Assembly: GCA_013265495.1 (NCBI GenBank)
Contig: MU058478.1
Coordinates: forward strand, 523,349 to 587,348
Direction of reading: 5' to 3'
DNA: 64,000 nt
From: Vicugna vicugna
Taxonomy: Eukaryota
Shown in pieces: positions 11,930 to 25,183 of the stretch. The notes under the pieces were generated by a model. That model ran no database searches, was not told where the DNA came from, and saw only the letters and a program-made list of their open reading frames with translations. The translations under genes were made by a program, and so were the position numbers. The stretch's first letter is position 1; each line of letters starts with the position of its first letter.

Positions 11930-13263
11930 AATATTGGTCATATTTATATTCGTTCATATTTATTTATATTATAGATGAATACATTTTTATATTATATATG
12001 TGTATATTTTATAATATTTGTATATACAATACTTATACAATATTTGTATATATATTTATATATGTGTATAATATTTATATTATACATGTGTATATGATAT
12101 ACAGTGTTTGTATATATAATATTTCTATGTATATATATATTTATATAATATTTGTATATATAATATTTATATGTGTGTATATAATATTTATATTATACAT
12201 GTATATATGATATACAATATTTGTATATATAATATTTCTGTTTATATAATATTTATACAATATTTGTGTATATAATATTTCTATGTATATGTAATATTTA
12301 TACAATATTTGTGTATATAATATTTGTATATGAACATATTATTATATAATATTTGTGTATGTATATATAATATTTATATATGTGTATATATTTATACAAT
12401 ATTTGTATATGATATTTCTGTTTATATAATATTTATACAATATTTGTGTATATAATATTTGTATATGAACATATTATATATATATTATATGTGTGTATAT
12501 ATTTATACAATATTTGTGTATATAATATTTGTATATGAACATATTATATATATATTATATGTGTGTATATATTTATACAATATTTGTATATATAATATTT
12601 CTATGTGTATATATAATATTTATACATTTGTGTATATAATATTTATATATGTATATATAATATTTGCATATGTGTATGTAATATTTATGTAATATTTATA
12701 CAATGTTTGCATATGTATTTTTCTAGGTATATAATATTTATATGTATATATAATGTGTATATAATATGTATATAATAAGTGTATATATTTATATATATTT
12801 ATATTATATCTGTAGGTAATATTTATGTATGTATATATTATATTTATACTATATATAGAATATTTGTATATGTATATAGAATGTTTATACTTCATACACA
12901 TACACATTTATATATTTATATAATATTCATACATTTATATATAACATTTCTATTTATATTTATATGCAATATTCATATATTATGTTTATATTATATATTT
13001 ATATATAAAATGTATTGTAATATTTATATCCAAATTTCACATGTAATATTGATATATATTTATATAAAAATATAGAAGGCACTTATGCTTACAAATAGAT
13101 GAAAGTTTTATAATCCAGTTTCAAATATATGAAAGATATGTCTTAAAAATATATATACCCAATATCAAAAAATTTGTGCATGTGTATACACAATTTTTAA
13201 GATTTTTTTATATAAAATTTTATATATTTTATATATATATATATGCATATATATATACTATAT
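11930..13263. repeat. 1.3-kb degenerate (TA)n-derived satellite
   Basis: Recurrent TATTTATACAATATTTGTGTATATAATATTT units; overwhelmingly A/T. Confidence 0.95.
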
Positions 13264-13789
13264 CTTTTGAGACGTCTGTTTCTGGTGGATACGCAGCTAG
13301 CACAGGAACACCGTCACTCCAGGCCATAACGGGTCCCCTCTTCCTGCCGGCCGGCCCTGGGAAGTGAATCGTTCGGACAGTACCAGCTCCTCACCTGAGC
13401 ATCCCCTTCTCCCTGGCCAGGTCTTCTGATCTCAGGTCGCCTGAGGGCTGGCATCTCCCCCCATCTGATAATCCTGCAAGGAACATTTCAAAGAACAACT
13501 TAACCGCATGGGTGAAGGCATTTTGGGCACCTTGCCAGGAGTCGGCTAATTAGGAACAGCAACACTGCTTCTCCCCACTGTCGCCCCTGAGTTGCATGTA
13601 AACCTGCTCAGCCTGTTCCCAGGGGGCCCTGGTGGGTTTGCCCCCGAGGGTCCCGAGCTTTCACTCTCCCCTCCAGCAAGTGAGAGCGAGCGAGGGGACT
13701 CTCAGTGGGGTTACCGAGTCTATTCCACACACAAAAACTAAGCCAGCAACGTACAACCTTTACTCATAGCTGCTTAACTGATAATCCCA

Positions 13790-13940
13790 GATTCATCCAT
13801 TTGATCACCTGGTTATTTATGGAAGTTCTCTTACATGTTAAGTTCCCTGCTAGGGGTTAGGGATTAACACAGGAGTAAGACACAGTCCTTCCTCTCAAAA
13901 GCTTGCAGACAAAGACAAAACTAGACAAGTAAACAGGTGT
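13790..13940 (+). mobile_element. L2 3' end fragment
   Basis: attcatccatttga...tatttat...taagacacagtccttcctctcaaaagctt. Confidence 0.55.
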
Positions 13941-14018
13941 GGGTCCAGTCCCAGAAGGGCTGTGAGGATGTGAAGAGATCCCATTATATATATTTTATAA
14001 CATATATATAGATATATC

Positions 14019-14498
14019 ATGGAATATTACTCAGCCATGAAAAAGCATAAAATAATACCATTTGCAGCAACATGGACGGACCTGGAGACCATCATGCTAA
14101 GCGAAGTAAGCCAGAAAGAGAAAGACAAATACCATATGATATCACTCATATGTGGAATCTAAAAAAAAATGAGACAAATGAACTTATTTACAAAACAGAA
14201 ACAGACTCACAGACATAGAGAACAAACTTATGGTCGCCAGAGGGGGCAGGTGGGAGAGAGATAAATTAGGAGTATGGGATGAACAGATACACACTACTAT
14301 ATAAAAAATACATAAGCAACAGGGATTTACTGTAGAACACAGGGAACTACATTCAATATCTTGTAATAAACTATAATGGAAAGAATTTGAAAAAGAATAT
14401 ATATACATATGCATATACATATATATGTATAATTGAATCCCTTTGCTGTGCACCAATAACTAACACTGTGAATCAACTATGCTTCAATTAAAAAAAAA
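14019..14498 (+). mobile_element. 5'-truncated L1 (ORF2 C-terminus + 3' UTR + polyA)
   Basis: ggaatattactcagccatgaaaaag...ccatttgcagcaacatggacggacctggag...cttcaattaaaaaaaa. Confidence 0.95.
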
Positions 14499-14515
14499 GA
14501 ATGTGTGTCAAACAC

Positions 14516-14930
14516 TGTCACTTACGTCCTTCAGGGAGGAACTAACGATTCTGTGAGTCAGCCACATGGCTGATCTGTTATTCAGTTTACTACCCGTTCT
14601 GCTGGCCCATTCAGTTTACTACCCGTTCTGCTGGCCCAACTGCTCTTCTTTGTTTCTACATCTTCACATTCGTCCAGTCACTGTCAGCCTTTCTGAGACT
14701 CAGGGGAGGCCCCCAGGACTAAAACAAAATGTTTTACTTCAAGAGATGAGGGCACGTGGGGGACAGGGTCTGGTACACCCAAGAGGAATCTGCCAGGGTT
14801 CTGCTCAGTTTCAATCCCGCTTCTTCTTTGTTGCTTCTCAGTCCTGAGGGGAAGAAGGCAGGACAAGAAGGGGAATTAAGTTTGGGGTGGGAGGGAAATC
14901 ATAAACGTGGCAGGGGAAACTGGTTTCAGG
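14516..14930. mobile_element. Probable ERV1-type LTR fragment with an internal 29-bp tandem duplication
   Basis: Resembles artiodactyl ERV1 LTRs; ttcagtttactacccgttctgctggccca x2 at 14581-14638. Confidence 0.5.
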
Positions 14931-14934
14931 TATA

Positions 14935-15020
14935 GAAGAAATTGACACAACATTGTAACTGACTATACTTCAATTAAAAAACCAAAAAAATTTAAAAGCT
15001 CAAAAAAAAAAACCCAAAAA
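14935..15020 (+). mobile_element. L1 3' tip with polyA
   Basis: gaaattgacacaacattgtaactgactatacttcaattaaaaa. Confidence 0.85.
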
Positions 15021-16099
15021 TCACCACGGTGGTGCACATGGTCTTTGGGCCACCCCAGTTCAAAATAATGACTTAATCTACTATTTAGGGCATCAATAAT
15101 TAGCTATTCCTTTTAAATGATGATTGAAAAGGCAATGGTTATTTGCACATCAAAGCAGGTCTGTGCGCTTCAACGTGACTCCGATTGCAAATTTCTCCTT
15201 GGGAAGGAAGAAGGACACACAAGTTGACTGTTATGCTTAAAACAAACAATTCAAATTCTCGTCTAAGGGAACTGAAACCCGAAAGCTGACTTTCCAGAAC
15301 TGATTTAAAACATACCCACATGTTTCCTTTGAAAGGCTGTTCTTCACTCCGCAAAATGCTTCGCCACTGATTTCCTTAGTAAAGACATTTTTTTTTCCAG
15401 AATGCATTTATTTGTATTTGAGGTTGAAGAATCCCACAGAAAGAGGGACTTAAAAATTATTGATACACACAGCCACCCATCTGGTCACTGGCCATCCCCC
15501 TCCCTCTGTAGATGCGCCAAATGATTCCCCTTGTATCCACATATTTGAATATTATGTCACGTTGGGGAATTTGTTACTTACAAGATCAATACATTTTTGG
15601 TACTTTCAACTCTTACGCGTCCTTTCTGCTCCATTATGAGCACAAAATGAAATTTTGAAAATTCACCTGTGATTTTATGCTTAGCCAACATCGGAATATT
15701 TTCCATGAATTCTGGCACGTTGTACACTGTTCTTTTAACACACACAGGATTTTGACCTCAGAGCATAACAACCAGAAGATATTCGATTATTATTGGAAAG
15801 CCTACAAAACCACAGAAGCATTTAAATAAAAATGCATAAAAAAGCAAGCAAGGAGAAAGAAAATTTGCCTCTGAGTTTGTGAATAGAAGGTACAGCATAT
15901 ACGAGAGAGGAAAATGAGTCGTGATTTCTACGTTTCAATGGAAAACCTTCAATAAGTTACTTTTTCTTGATGATGTAAAGAAAAAGGAAAGACTTTGAAA
16001 CTTTGTTTCCAGAAGAGGAAGCTGGGTCAGCGGATTTCATTCAAGGGAACATCATTTCATTTTTCTGTTTAACACGCATCAATTATTTTAAAGTGATTT

Positions 16100-16290
16100 A
16101 CATATGTTAATTAATTCAGTCTTCACAGTGAGCCCACGAGGCAAATACTGTGATTACACCCTTTTACAGATCAGGGAAATGAGATCTATAGATACTAATA
16201 ATTTGTCCAAGGTTATTCACCAGGTGAATGACAACATAGCTCTTAAGCTGTGACATTTCCCCTCCAAAGGCCAGGCTCTTAATTACTGTG
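16100..16290 (-). mobile_element. MIR SINE
   Basis: cccttttacagatcagggaaatgagat...atttgtccaaggtt (MIR core). Confidence 0.7.
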
Positions 16291-16654
16291 TGTCAGTGTG
16301 ACTGACCCACTGAGTCAGGGACTGTTTGCAGCTCCCGATCACTAAGAAGGATGCTGTCAGAGAAGTGGGGTGGCTTGCGGTCTTGAAGTCTGGAGGCAGC
16401 GATATTAAAGGATCCTGGAAAAATAATTCCTTACAAGACTGGACCAGGACACGTTCACCATTAGAGTAAAGGAATCATTGATTGTCCCAAACAGGGTATT
16501 TCTGAGAGTGAACAGGGTGTGTTGGAAATTAAATTAGCGCAAAAGCACCCAGGATGAATGAATCTAAAAGCCTTTTCCTGTTAATTCAAGGAGTGTGGAG
16601 CAAGACCCCATAAAAATAAATGAAAATTTTAGATGTCAAGAAGAATTAGGATTA

Positions 16655-16838
16655 CAGTGTAATCTTGTTATCCTATAGCACAGGGAAATATACACAAAAT
16701 GTTATGATAACTCACAGAGAAAAAAATGTGACAATGAGTGTGTATATGTCCATGAATGACTGAAAAATTGTGCTGAACACTGGAATTTGACACAACATTG
16801 TAAAATGATTATAAATCAATAAAAAATGTTAAAAAAAA
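16655..16838 (+). mobile_element. Short young L1 insertion with 5' inversion and 17-bp TSD
   Basis: TSD AAGAAGAATTAGGATTA at 16638-16654 and 16839-16855; L1 3' UTR + polyA in between. Confidence 0.9.
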
Positions 16839-17929
16839 AAGAAGAATTAGGATTAAGGAGCAGATGTCTTTCTTGTGGACATGGATTTTTTCCCCCTCTG
16901 TCATTTATCTTCTGCAAAACAGTACATTTAGCTGACGTCAGCGCGGGCATTTGGAAAAAGGCTGAGTCAACACGGAAACACAGTAGGTTGGCATCAATCT
17001 TGAGATGTCCTCGCCATCATGAGGACAGCTGATCATTCTCTGAAGCAGATTCGTGGATAATTTTGAACATTACCCTAGCTGCATGCTTGACTCATTTATT
17101 CTCTACGCTCGACCCTGTCATTCTGAGCATCCATCCATCTATTCATCCACATCCAGTGTAAGATTTTTCTCCAACTACAGTCCGAGGAGCCCTGCTTTGC
17201 CAACCACAGTTTTCGTCATCGGTGAAGTTCCCGTCTCCCCACCAGTTGTTAGATCGACAGACTGAAATTATCAGTCTGTCCCTTTGAAGACATTCAATAG
17301 ATTTCACACAATAGGGGGAAAAAATAATCAAGACTCATTTCTAGAGGTTTTGGAATGATTTGCTAAAATGAACAATTAGGAGAAATTCAGAATGACCGGG
17401 CTGTATGTCCAATGGTAAGAAGAAAATACATTATTCTCTCACATTTCCCTTCAGAAATGGATGGTGGATCTTTGGTTTCACACCCCCACTAGTTTTGATT
17501 GGTTTTGTTCAAGATAATTAATTTTATAGCCCCGTGTTGAAGATGAAGGTACCGACTGGAGCCCCGCACGCTTTTGAAGGATGAAGTCCACATGGTGACC
17601 CAGAACCCAAAGAAAGAGAAAGCACATGGGGGGGTCCCCCATCCCGATGGCCATGCTGCCCTTTTCTGCTTAATCCTGATGGAGTAGTATTGACGAATGT
17701 GTTCTTTCATACACCAGGCTTTCCCTGCAGGGCTGGAGAACCCTCATCTTATATTTGATTCAAAAACTTCACCGTTTTAAATATGGAGTGTGTTGAAGTC
17801 CACTGATTCGCTTTTGCAGCTTTCTTTGCAACTATTAAACACCAGCTGGCTGGATTTGTGGATGTCAGTTCCTGGATCCTCTGCTTTTTTTTTTTTTTTT
17901 TTTTTTTCTTTTCCTTTTTTCATGGGACT

Positions 17930-19900
17930 AACCCTTTGCCAATTTCCCACTGCAGATTTATAGACAAAGCATAAAAACCAAGTCCCTGGTGATTGCTTCA
18001 AATTTATTATTCTTTTACAGAAATATTTCACCCTTTTAGTTTCTTTATCTTTTATATACATTTTAGACTCGTCTTGTATACATAAAAAAAAAAAATCCTG
18101 CTGGGAGTTTTGCTTCATATTGCATTAAATCTACAGGCCAATTTGGGGAGAATTGACACCTGAAATTACATTAAGAGTTTCAATCCAAATTCACAGCGAA
18201 TCTCCATTTATTTGGTTCTCCTTTGATTTCCTTCATTAAGATTTTATAGTTTTTACCCTATAAACCGTGTACCTATCTTCTTACATTTATACTTGAAAAT
18301 TTTATTTTTGTAAGTATTAAAAGTGACACTTTTATTTTTTTAACATTTTTTATTGAGTAATAGTCATTTTACAATGTTGTCTCAAATTCTAGGGTACAGC
18401 ACAATTTTTCAGTTATATATGAACATATATATATTCATTGCCACATTTTTTTTCACTATGAGCCACCACAAGACCTTGTGTATATTTCCCTGTGCTGTAC
18501 AGTATAATCTTGTTTATCTATTCTCATTTTAAAATCCCAGTCTGTCCCTTCCCACCTCCCCGCCCCCTTGGCAACTACAAGTTTGTATTCTATGTCTATG
18601 AGTCTGTTTCTGTTGTGTATTTATGCTTTGTTTTGTTTTGTTTTTAGATTCCTCATATGAGCACTCTCATATGGTATTATTCTTTCTCTTTCTGGCTTAC
18701 TTCACTTAGAATGACGTTCTCCAGGAGCATCCATGTTGCTGCAAATGCGTTATGTTGTCGCTTTTCATGGCTGAGTAGTATTCCATTGTATAAATCTACC
18801 ACCTCTTCTTTACCCAGTCATCTTTCTTTTTTTTTCCCCCACCACTTGTACATGGAAATGTACAAGTAGAAACAAATTTGTTTTGTTCTGTTTTGTTTAC
18901 TCTGTCCTGGGACCTCACTGGATTTTCTATGTAGGTAATCATGTCATTTACTAATAGAGATAACGCATATTATTTTATTCTTTCCATCTATAGCATTGTT
19001 TGTTTTTCTTAGCGCTCTGGGGGAAGAACCCTACTCCAGGGCTGAACAGGAGTGATGAGAATGAACATTCTCACCTCGTTTCCCAGCTTCTGGGAAACAA
19101 ACATACCTGCTCGCCTCATTAGCCATCATGTTAGCTGTAGGGTTTGTGTTGATACCCTTTATAAAGTTTCATACGTGTCCTTCTACCGTTAATTGGCTGA
19201 ACATTTTTGCCGTGAATGGATGCTGTAGCTTGCCACTCTTTTATCAGCTGGCATCACCATGCAACTTTTACATTCAAGATTATTACCATAGTGGATTTCA
19301 TTGGCTGTTTTCTGCATCCAAACATCATGTGGCATCACTCAGTGATGGTGCATTATTCTTTTATACACATAATGCTGGACACATTTAGCTAATATTCTCT
19401 TGAGGATTATTGTATGCTTGTTAATAAGGGACATGGCTCTTATTTTCTGTTGTAAAAAATTTCATGGTCTGCCTTTGGTCTCACGGTGACACTGACCTCA
19501 TAAAATAGGGCAGGGGTGTTCTCCTCCTTCCTAGAAGAAATTATGTAGAGTTAATGTTCTTTCTTCTGTCTTTGTTTCATAGAATCTCCCAAGGAAACGA
19601 TCTGGTCCTACTGATTTCTTTTTCAGAAAAAAAAATTTAATTCCAAATTAAACTACTTTCATATTTATAGGATTATTCAGGTTAACTGGGGCGACCAGAA
19701 TGCATTTTGGAGAAGCAGACTCATTCTATCAAAGTTGTGAAGTTTCTGTTTATAGGGGTGCTTTGTTTACTGCTAATGTCCATTAGGCCTACAGAGATGT
19801 GCCCCTCTCTCCTTCGTGTCTTGTCTTTATTTGGATATATCTGCCTTGCTCAGAGATCAATGTTCCTCATGGTCCCCAGGCACCAGCTTTGATGGTATTG
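17930..19900 (-). mobile_element. Ancient L1M ORF2 remnant (interrupted by a younger L1)
   Basis: attgcattaaatctacaggccaatttggggagaattgaca; catcatgttagctgtagggtt; ctgacctcataaaatag are antisense L1 ORF2 motifs. Confidence 0.75.
18333..18823 (-). mobile_element. Young 5'-truncated L1 nested in the old L1
   Basis: polyT-aacattttttattgag...tggcttacttcacttagaatgac...ccatgttgctgcaaatg. Confidence 0.92.
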
Positions 19901-20289
19901 ATTTTCTGTCCCCTCTCTGAGTGATAAGCATTCACTGCCCCAGCCCTGAGACAGACCTGGGGTCTTCCATACGTGGCTCGGTCTCTCTCTGCCATGGAGC
20001 CCACTGCTCAGTTTCCAGCTGTGCTGAGTTCAGGAGAGAAAAAGAAGTGCCAAACTCATCGCCAATTGGTTGACTTCAAAGTCAGATTTTTTTTTTTAAC
20101 CGATCTGCCTATTAACATCTCCTTTTCAGATTTCAAACAGTTTCTCATGCATTCTTTCCAGACTTTATAGTTGCTTCCAGTGGAAGAGAAAAGTCTGAAG
20201 CAGGCTTACTTTAGTCCACCCAGCATTGGGACATACCAGTATTTTTTTTTAATGTGTATTTGCTTGAGTTTTTTTGTTTGTTTGTTTGT

Positions 20290-20375
20290 TTATTTGGGGG
20301 AGGGAGATATAATTAGGTGTATTTATTTATTCATTATTTGTTTGTTTGTTGACTTGTTTTTGGTGGAGGTCCTGG
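20290..20375 (-). mobile_element. Truncated Vic-1-like SINE tail
   Basis: ttggggg aggga..taattagg..tttattt..tggtggaggtcctgg matches the tails of the other copies. Confidence 0.5.
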
Positions 20376-20804
20376 ATGGAAGACATTGATATCAAATATG
20401 TCACTGGCCTCATAAAATTGAAAATATATTAATTCAGAAAGTTATTAACTACTTTTCTCCAACAGTAAAGAGAATCAAATTCATCATAATCAACTTGTTT
20501 ACCCTCCCAGCTGCAATTTTGCAACTACCAGAATTATTTTATGCATGAAATGTTGCCTTAGAAGGGTAGATTTAAGCAAACATTATAGCAAGATACGGCG
20601 GGAACTACCAGGGTGCAAAGGCCACCCTCATGGCAGACTTGACGTTTATCTGCAATTTAAACATTATACATCAGGAGAACATTTCTGTGAAGAAAGCAGG
20701 AATCTTCAACCTTAGTCAGTTGTTTGCAGACACGGTATGCTTTTTTGGAAAGCTGACCCAGAGCGACAATCAAGAAATATTCTGTCTTCTAGGAGAATGT
20801 AGGT

Positions 20805-21568
20805 GGGACACTCTTTGACAAAAATCACAGCAATATTCTCTTGGATCAGTTACCCCAGGCAAAAGAATTGAAAGCAAAAATAAACACACAGGACCTAACT
20901 GAACCTAAAACCTTTGCACAGCAAAGGATGCCATCAACAAAACACAAAGACAAGCTTTGGAAGGGGAGAAAATATTTGCAAACAGTGCCATTGACAAGGG
21001 GTTACTATCCAAAATACACAAGCAGTTCATACAACTCAATACTGAAAAAAAAAAATGAGCAGAAGACCTGAATAGACATTTCTCCAAAGAAGACATACAC
21101 ATGGCTAACTTTTCATCAAAAGATGCTCAACATCACTAATTATCAGAGAAACGCAAGTCAAAAGTACAACGAGATGGCACCTCACACTGGTCAGAATGGC
21201 CATCACCAGAAAGTTCACAAATGACAAATGCTGGGGAGGGTGTGGAGAAAAGGGAACCCTCCTCCACTGCTGGTGGGAATGTAATTTGGTGCATCCACCA
21301 TGGAGAACAGTATGGAGGTTCCTTTTAGAACTAAAAATAGACTTACCATATGATCCAGCAATCCCACTGCTGGTTATATGTGCAGAGAAGACAAAAACTC
21401 GAAGTCAAAAAGACACCTGCACCCCAATGTTCATAGCAGCGCTACTTACAATAGCCAAGACATGGAAGTAACTCCAAGTGCCCATCAACAGAAGATTGGA
21501 TTAAGAAGATGTGATACATAGATAGATAGGTAGGTAGATAGTTGATAAATAGATAGATAGGTAGGTAG

Positions 21569-21599
<31 letters not shown>

Positions 21600-21836
21600 G
21601 ATAGATAGACAGACAGACCAGTAGGATAGAAGGATGGATGGATGGATGGATGGATGGATGGATGGATGGATGGATGGATGGATAGATACATAGATAGATA
21701 GATCAATAGATCAATAGATCGACTGATAGATGGATGGATGGATAGATACATAGATAGATAGATCAATAGATCAATAGATCGACTGATAGATAAATGGATG
21801 GAAGGATGGGCGGATGGATGGGCGGATGAATGGATG

Positions 21837-21890
<54 letters not shown>

Positions 21891-22037
21891 CAGACAGACC
21901 AGTAGGATAGAAGGATGGATGGATGGATGGATGGATGGATGGATGGATAGATACATAGACAGATAGATCAATAGATCAATAGATCGACTGATAGATAAAT
22001 GGATGGAAGGATGGGTGGATGGATGGAAGGATGGATG

Positions 22038-22094
<57 letters not shown>

Positions 22095-22640
22095 ATTACT
22101 CAGCCATAAAAAAGACTGAAATAATGCCATTTGCAGAAACCTGGATGGACCTGGAGAATATTATCCTTAATGAAATAAGTCAGACAGAGAAAGACAAATG
22201 CTGTATGACATCACTTATATGTGAAATCTAAACAAATAATACAAATAAATGTATGCAAAACAGAAACAGACTTGCAGATGTAGAAAACAAACCTGTGATC
22301 ACTGCTGGGGTAGGAAGAAGGGAAGGGCCAAATTAGAGGTACGGGATTAACAGATACACACCACTACACATAAAATAGATAAACAACAAGTTCATACTGT
22401 ACAGCACAGGGATCTATATTCAATATCTTATGGTAACTTAAGGTGAAAAAAATATGAAAATGAATATGTGTGTATTCATGTATGACTGAAGCATCGTGCT
22501 GTGCACCAGAAATTGGCACAACATTTGAAACTGACTGTACTTCAATAAAATACATATACAAAAAAAAAGAAAAAACAAAAAGAGCAAATTGTAGCATATG
22601 TGAATTTATATCTCAATAAAACGATTTAAAAAAATTTTAA
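20805..22640 (+). mobile_element. L1 (3' part of ORF2 + 3' UTR), interrupted by a microsatellite array
   Basis: Translations [19 protein letters not shown]...[10 protein letters not shown]...CTPMFIAALLTIAKTWK match the L1 ORF2 cysteine-rich C-terminus. Confidence 0.95.
21516..22094. repeat. Compound (GATA)n/(GGAT)n microsatellite with higher-order duplication
   Basis: Directly visible. Confidence 0.97.
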
Positions 22641-22792
22641 AGACACGCTCTGCCTTAATATGACTGACAACTTCAGAACTGTTATTAATACTTTTGATTA
22701 ATAGTGATTCATAGACCAGCAAAAGGGTGTATGTAGAGACATCACTTCCCAAGTTTTGTTCTGGGTGCCACGGCTTCAAAACATGGGAGGAG

Positions 22793-22912
22793 GAGGGAGG
22801 GTGTAGCTCAGTGTTGGAGCGTGTGCTTAGCAGACATGAGGTCCTGGGTTCAATCCCCAGTCCCTCCTCTAAAAAGAAATAAATAAACAAACCTAATTTC
22901 AAAAAAAAAAAA
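22793..22912 (+). mobile_element. Vic-1-like tRNA-derived SINE
   Basis: gagggtgtagctcagtgttggagc...ctgggttcaatccccag, A-rich tail. Confidence 0.9.
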
Positions 22913-23798
22913 GGGTGTGGGGAAAGAAATGAACCCATCTGAGCAAAGGCAGCAGTGGTACCATCTCTTCGCAACCTCTCTCCTCACTCCCAGTTAATGC
23001 CACTCTTGTCATGAAGTCAGAACGTTTAGAATTCTTCACTTGTGCGGTGTGTGCGTTGCTAAACGTCTTCATGGACTTTCTAATGTTGTTGAAAGCTGAC
23101 TTAAAAATCAAAACATCAGATGCGTTCACAGGATTATTGTTTTTATGGTTTTTTACTGAGGCGTATTGACTTTGTTACATTTGTGATAAAAAATCTCTGC
23201 CTTTTCACTTTTGTTGATACCTGTAACTGCACATCCTCCTCTTTAATTTGAAAGAGGCATAAAATCAATCATTCTGCCAGCTTTGACCTTTCTTACTTTG
23301 ACTATTAGCAAGAAACGAAATACATGTCTCATCAATTGTTTCAGGAACTCTTCCATCGTTCAGCCAGGGAGATTTCCATGGCTCCTGCATTTTCAGCCTC
23401 TGTCTATCTTAGGTTACGTTGCAAGATGCATCCACTTTGTTTCAGACACTCATGACTTCTGCATGTTCTTTCCGAGTTTCCAAAGAGCATTTGGAAATAG
23501 TGAGCTTTATTCCAGAATATGTATTTCCAAATATTTACACATAACTAATAGATTCCTTTCCGTGACCTACTGTTAAAAATAAATTTCAAATAAATGAAAT
23601 TTTATATTACCAGAAGCTTTATTGTATTTGGGCTGGAAGCTTTATAACATTAACAGACATTCAGGTCATAATCAAGCTGCCTCCACCCACATTTATATGA
23701 AGATATGGGGCTTATTTCAACTGATTCACTTCGAGAAGGGTTATTGTCAACACAAGTTACTCTTTCCATAGTTTGGGGGAAAAAAGTTTCCAAACGCT

Positions 23799-23928
23799 AG
23801 GAGGAGGGTGTAGCTCAGTGGTAGAGTGTGTGCTTAGCATGCATGAGGTCCTGGGTTCCATCTCTGGTACCTTCATTAAAATAAACAAACCAACCAACCC
23901 AATTGCCCACCCCCTAAAAAAAAAAAAC
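23799..23928 (+). mobile_element. Vic-1-like tRNA-derived SINE
   Basis: gagggtgtagctcagtggtagagtgtgtgcttagcatgcatgaggtcctgggttc. Confidence 0.9.
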
Positions 23929-24689
23929 ACTAATTCCTATAGAAGAGAAATGGGAGGGAGGGAGGGAGGAAGCAGACTGGCTTGCTCATGTTCCATTCCA
24001 CCTCCACCCCCACAAGAAATAGCTGAAACGTCAAAACAGAGAATGCTGAGAAAAACGTTAAATTATGGAGAATGTTGTGGGAGGCGTGGAATGTTAACTG
24101 GGAGCAGCCGTGAAGTCTGGGCTCCAACTGTCACCAGCTGGGTCCTTCCATGTGCATCCTTGTCTCCCATCATGAAGCCTTTATGTACTGCCGGTCCCAG
24201 GACCTCACTGTGATGACCAGATGATGGGGCTGGTGGTCCCCTGGGTTTTTCCTAATGGTCCAATTTATTGTTTTACTCCCATTCTTTGCCCTCTGACTCC
24301 TGTGACGTCTATAAGGGTCCACTCCGGGCACTTGTTTATTTTCTCCAAGTTTTGCTTATTTGTGAAAAGATGCAATTGAATTGCACAAACGTGAGCGGAG
24401 GCCATTCAATTTTCAATGCAAGTGTCTGACCTGGTCCAGCAACACAGAAATCCCCAAACCCACATCTGGAAAATTCAGTGCATTGAGGCTGGACGAGATT
24501 TCTTAGGAATGGTTTGGGGTGGACCTGCAGATTTAAAGGCTACTGCTAGGAAAGGAAAATTTAACACTTTCTTACTACAAGTAAAACTCCAATGATTTAA
24601 TAGGTATAAAAGTTAGATAATATTAAACATGAATGTCAGAAACACAAAAAATACAATCCATGGGAGCATTCAAGAAATTGGCATTTGGC

Positions 24690-24843
24690 AGGGAGGGTGG
24701 TAGAGTGCGTGCTTCGCATGCACGAGGTCCTGGGTTCAATCCCCAGTCCCTCCACTAAAAATAAATACCCCTAATTACCTTCCTCCACACCACAATAAAA
24801 TAATTAAATACTGCAATAGTAAATAAATCAAAATTTTAAAAAA
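24690..24843 (+). mobile_element. Vic-1-like SINE with a deletion in the A box
   Basis: gggagggtggtagagtgcgtgcttcgcatgcacgaggtcctgggttcaatcccc. Confidence 0.85.
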
Positions 24844-24869
24844 GAAATTTCTATTTATCAATATGTGTT

Positions 24870-24870
<1 letters not shown>

Positions 24871-24922
<52 letters not shown>
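24871..24922. repeat. (CA)n microsatellite
   Basis: Perfect CA run. Confidence 0.98.
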
Positions 24923-24924
<2 letters not shown>

Positions 24925-25122
24925 ATTGAATTGTGTTGTATACACAGCAAACTTTAAATAATGTATCTCTTTCCATGTATCAAAATGTTGTAATTCAGAA
25001 ATGTAACGAAACAGTGGCTGTCACAGGCATTTATGACACAAATGATCACAATGTGATACAAGCTAAAGAAGGTGGAAGGTTAAAAAAAAAATGGAAACAT
25101 CAAGGAAAAGGTAACACAATAG

Positions 25123-25183
25123 AGTGCTGTGCACCAGGAATTGACACATTGTAGTTGACTATACTTCAATTAAAAAAAAAAAA
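25123..25183 (+). mobile_element. L1 3' tip
   Basis: gtgctgtgcaccaggaattgacacattgtagttgactatacttcaattaaaa. Confidence 0.85.

Noticed and set aside
11998..13367. Tyr/Ile-rich ORFs
   Set aside because: Translations of the TA-rich satellite.
13270..13730. GC-rich block that might be an LTR
   Set aside because: No clear termini, TATA/polyA pair or TSD could be identified by eye.
21485..22130. YLSI/HPSI-repeat ORFs
   Set aside because: Translations of the GATA/GGAT microsatellite.
22793..22870. tRNA-like genes (also at 7267, 23799, 24690, 29941, 46044, 51788, 63030)
   Set aside because: A/B boxes are present, but the copies are mutually diverged, lack a clean acceptor stem and carry A-rich tails: they are SINEs, not tRNAs.
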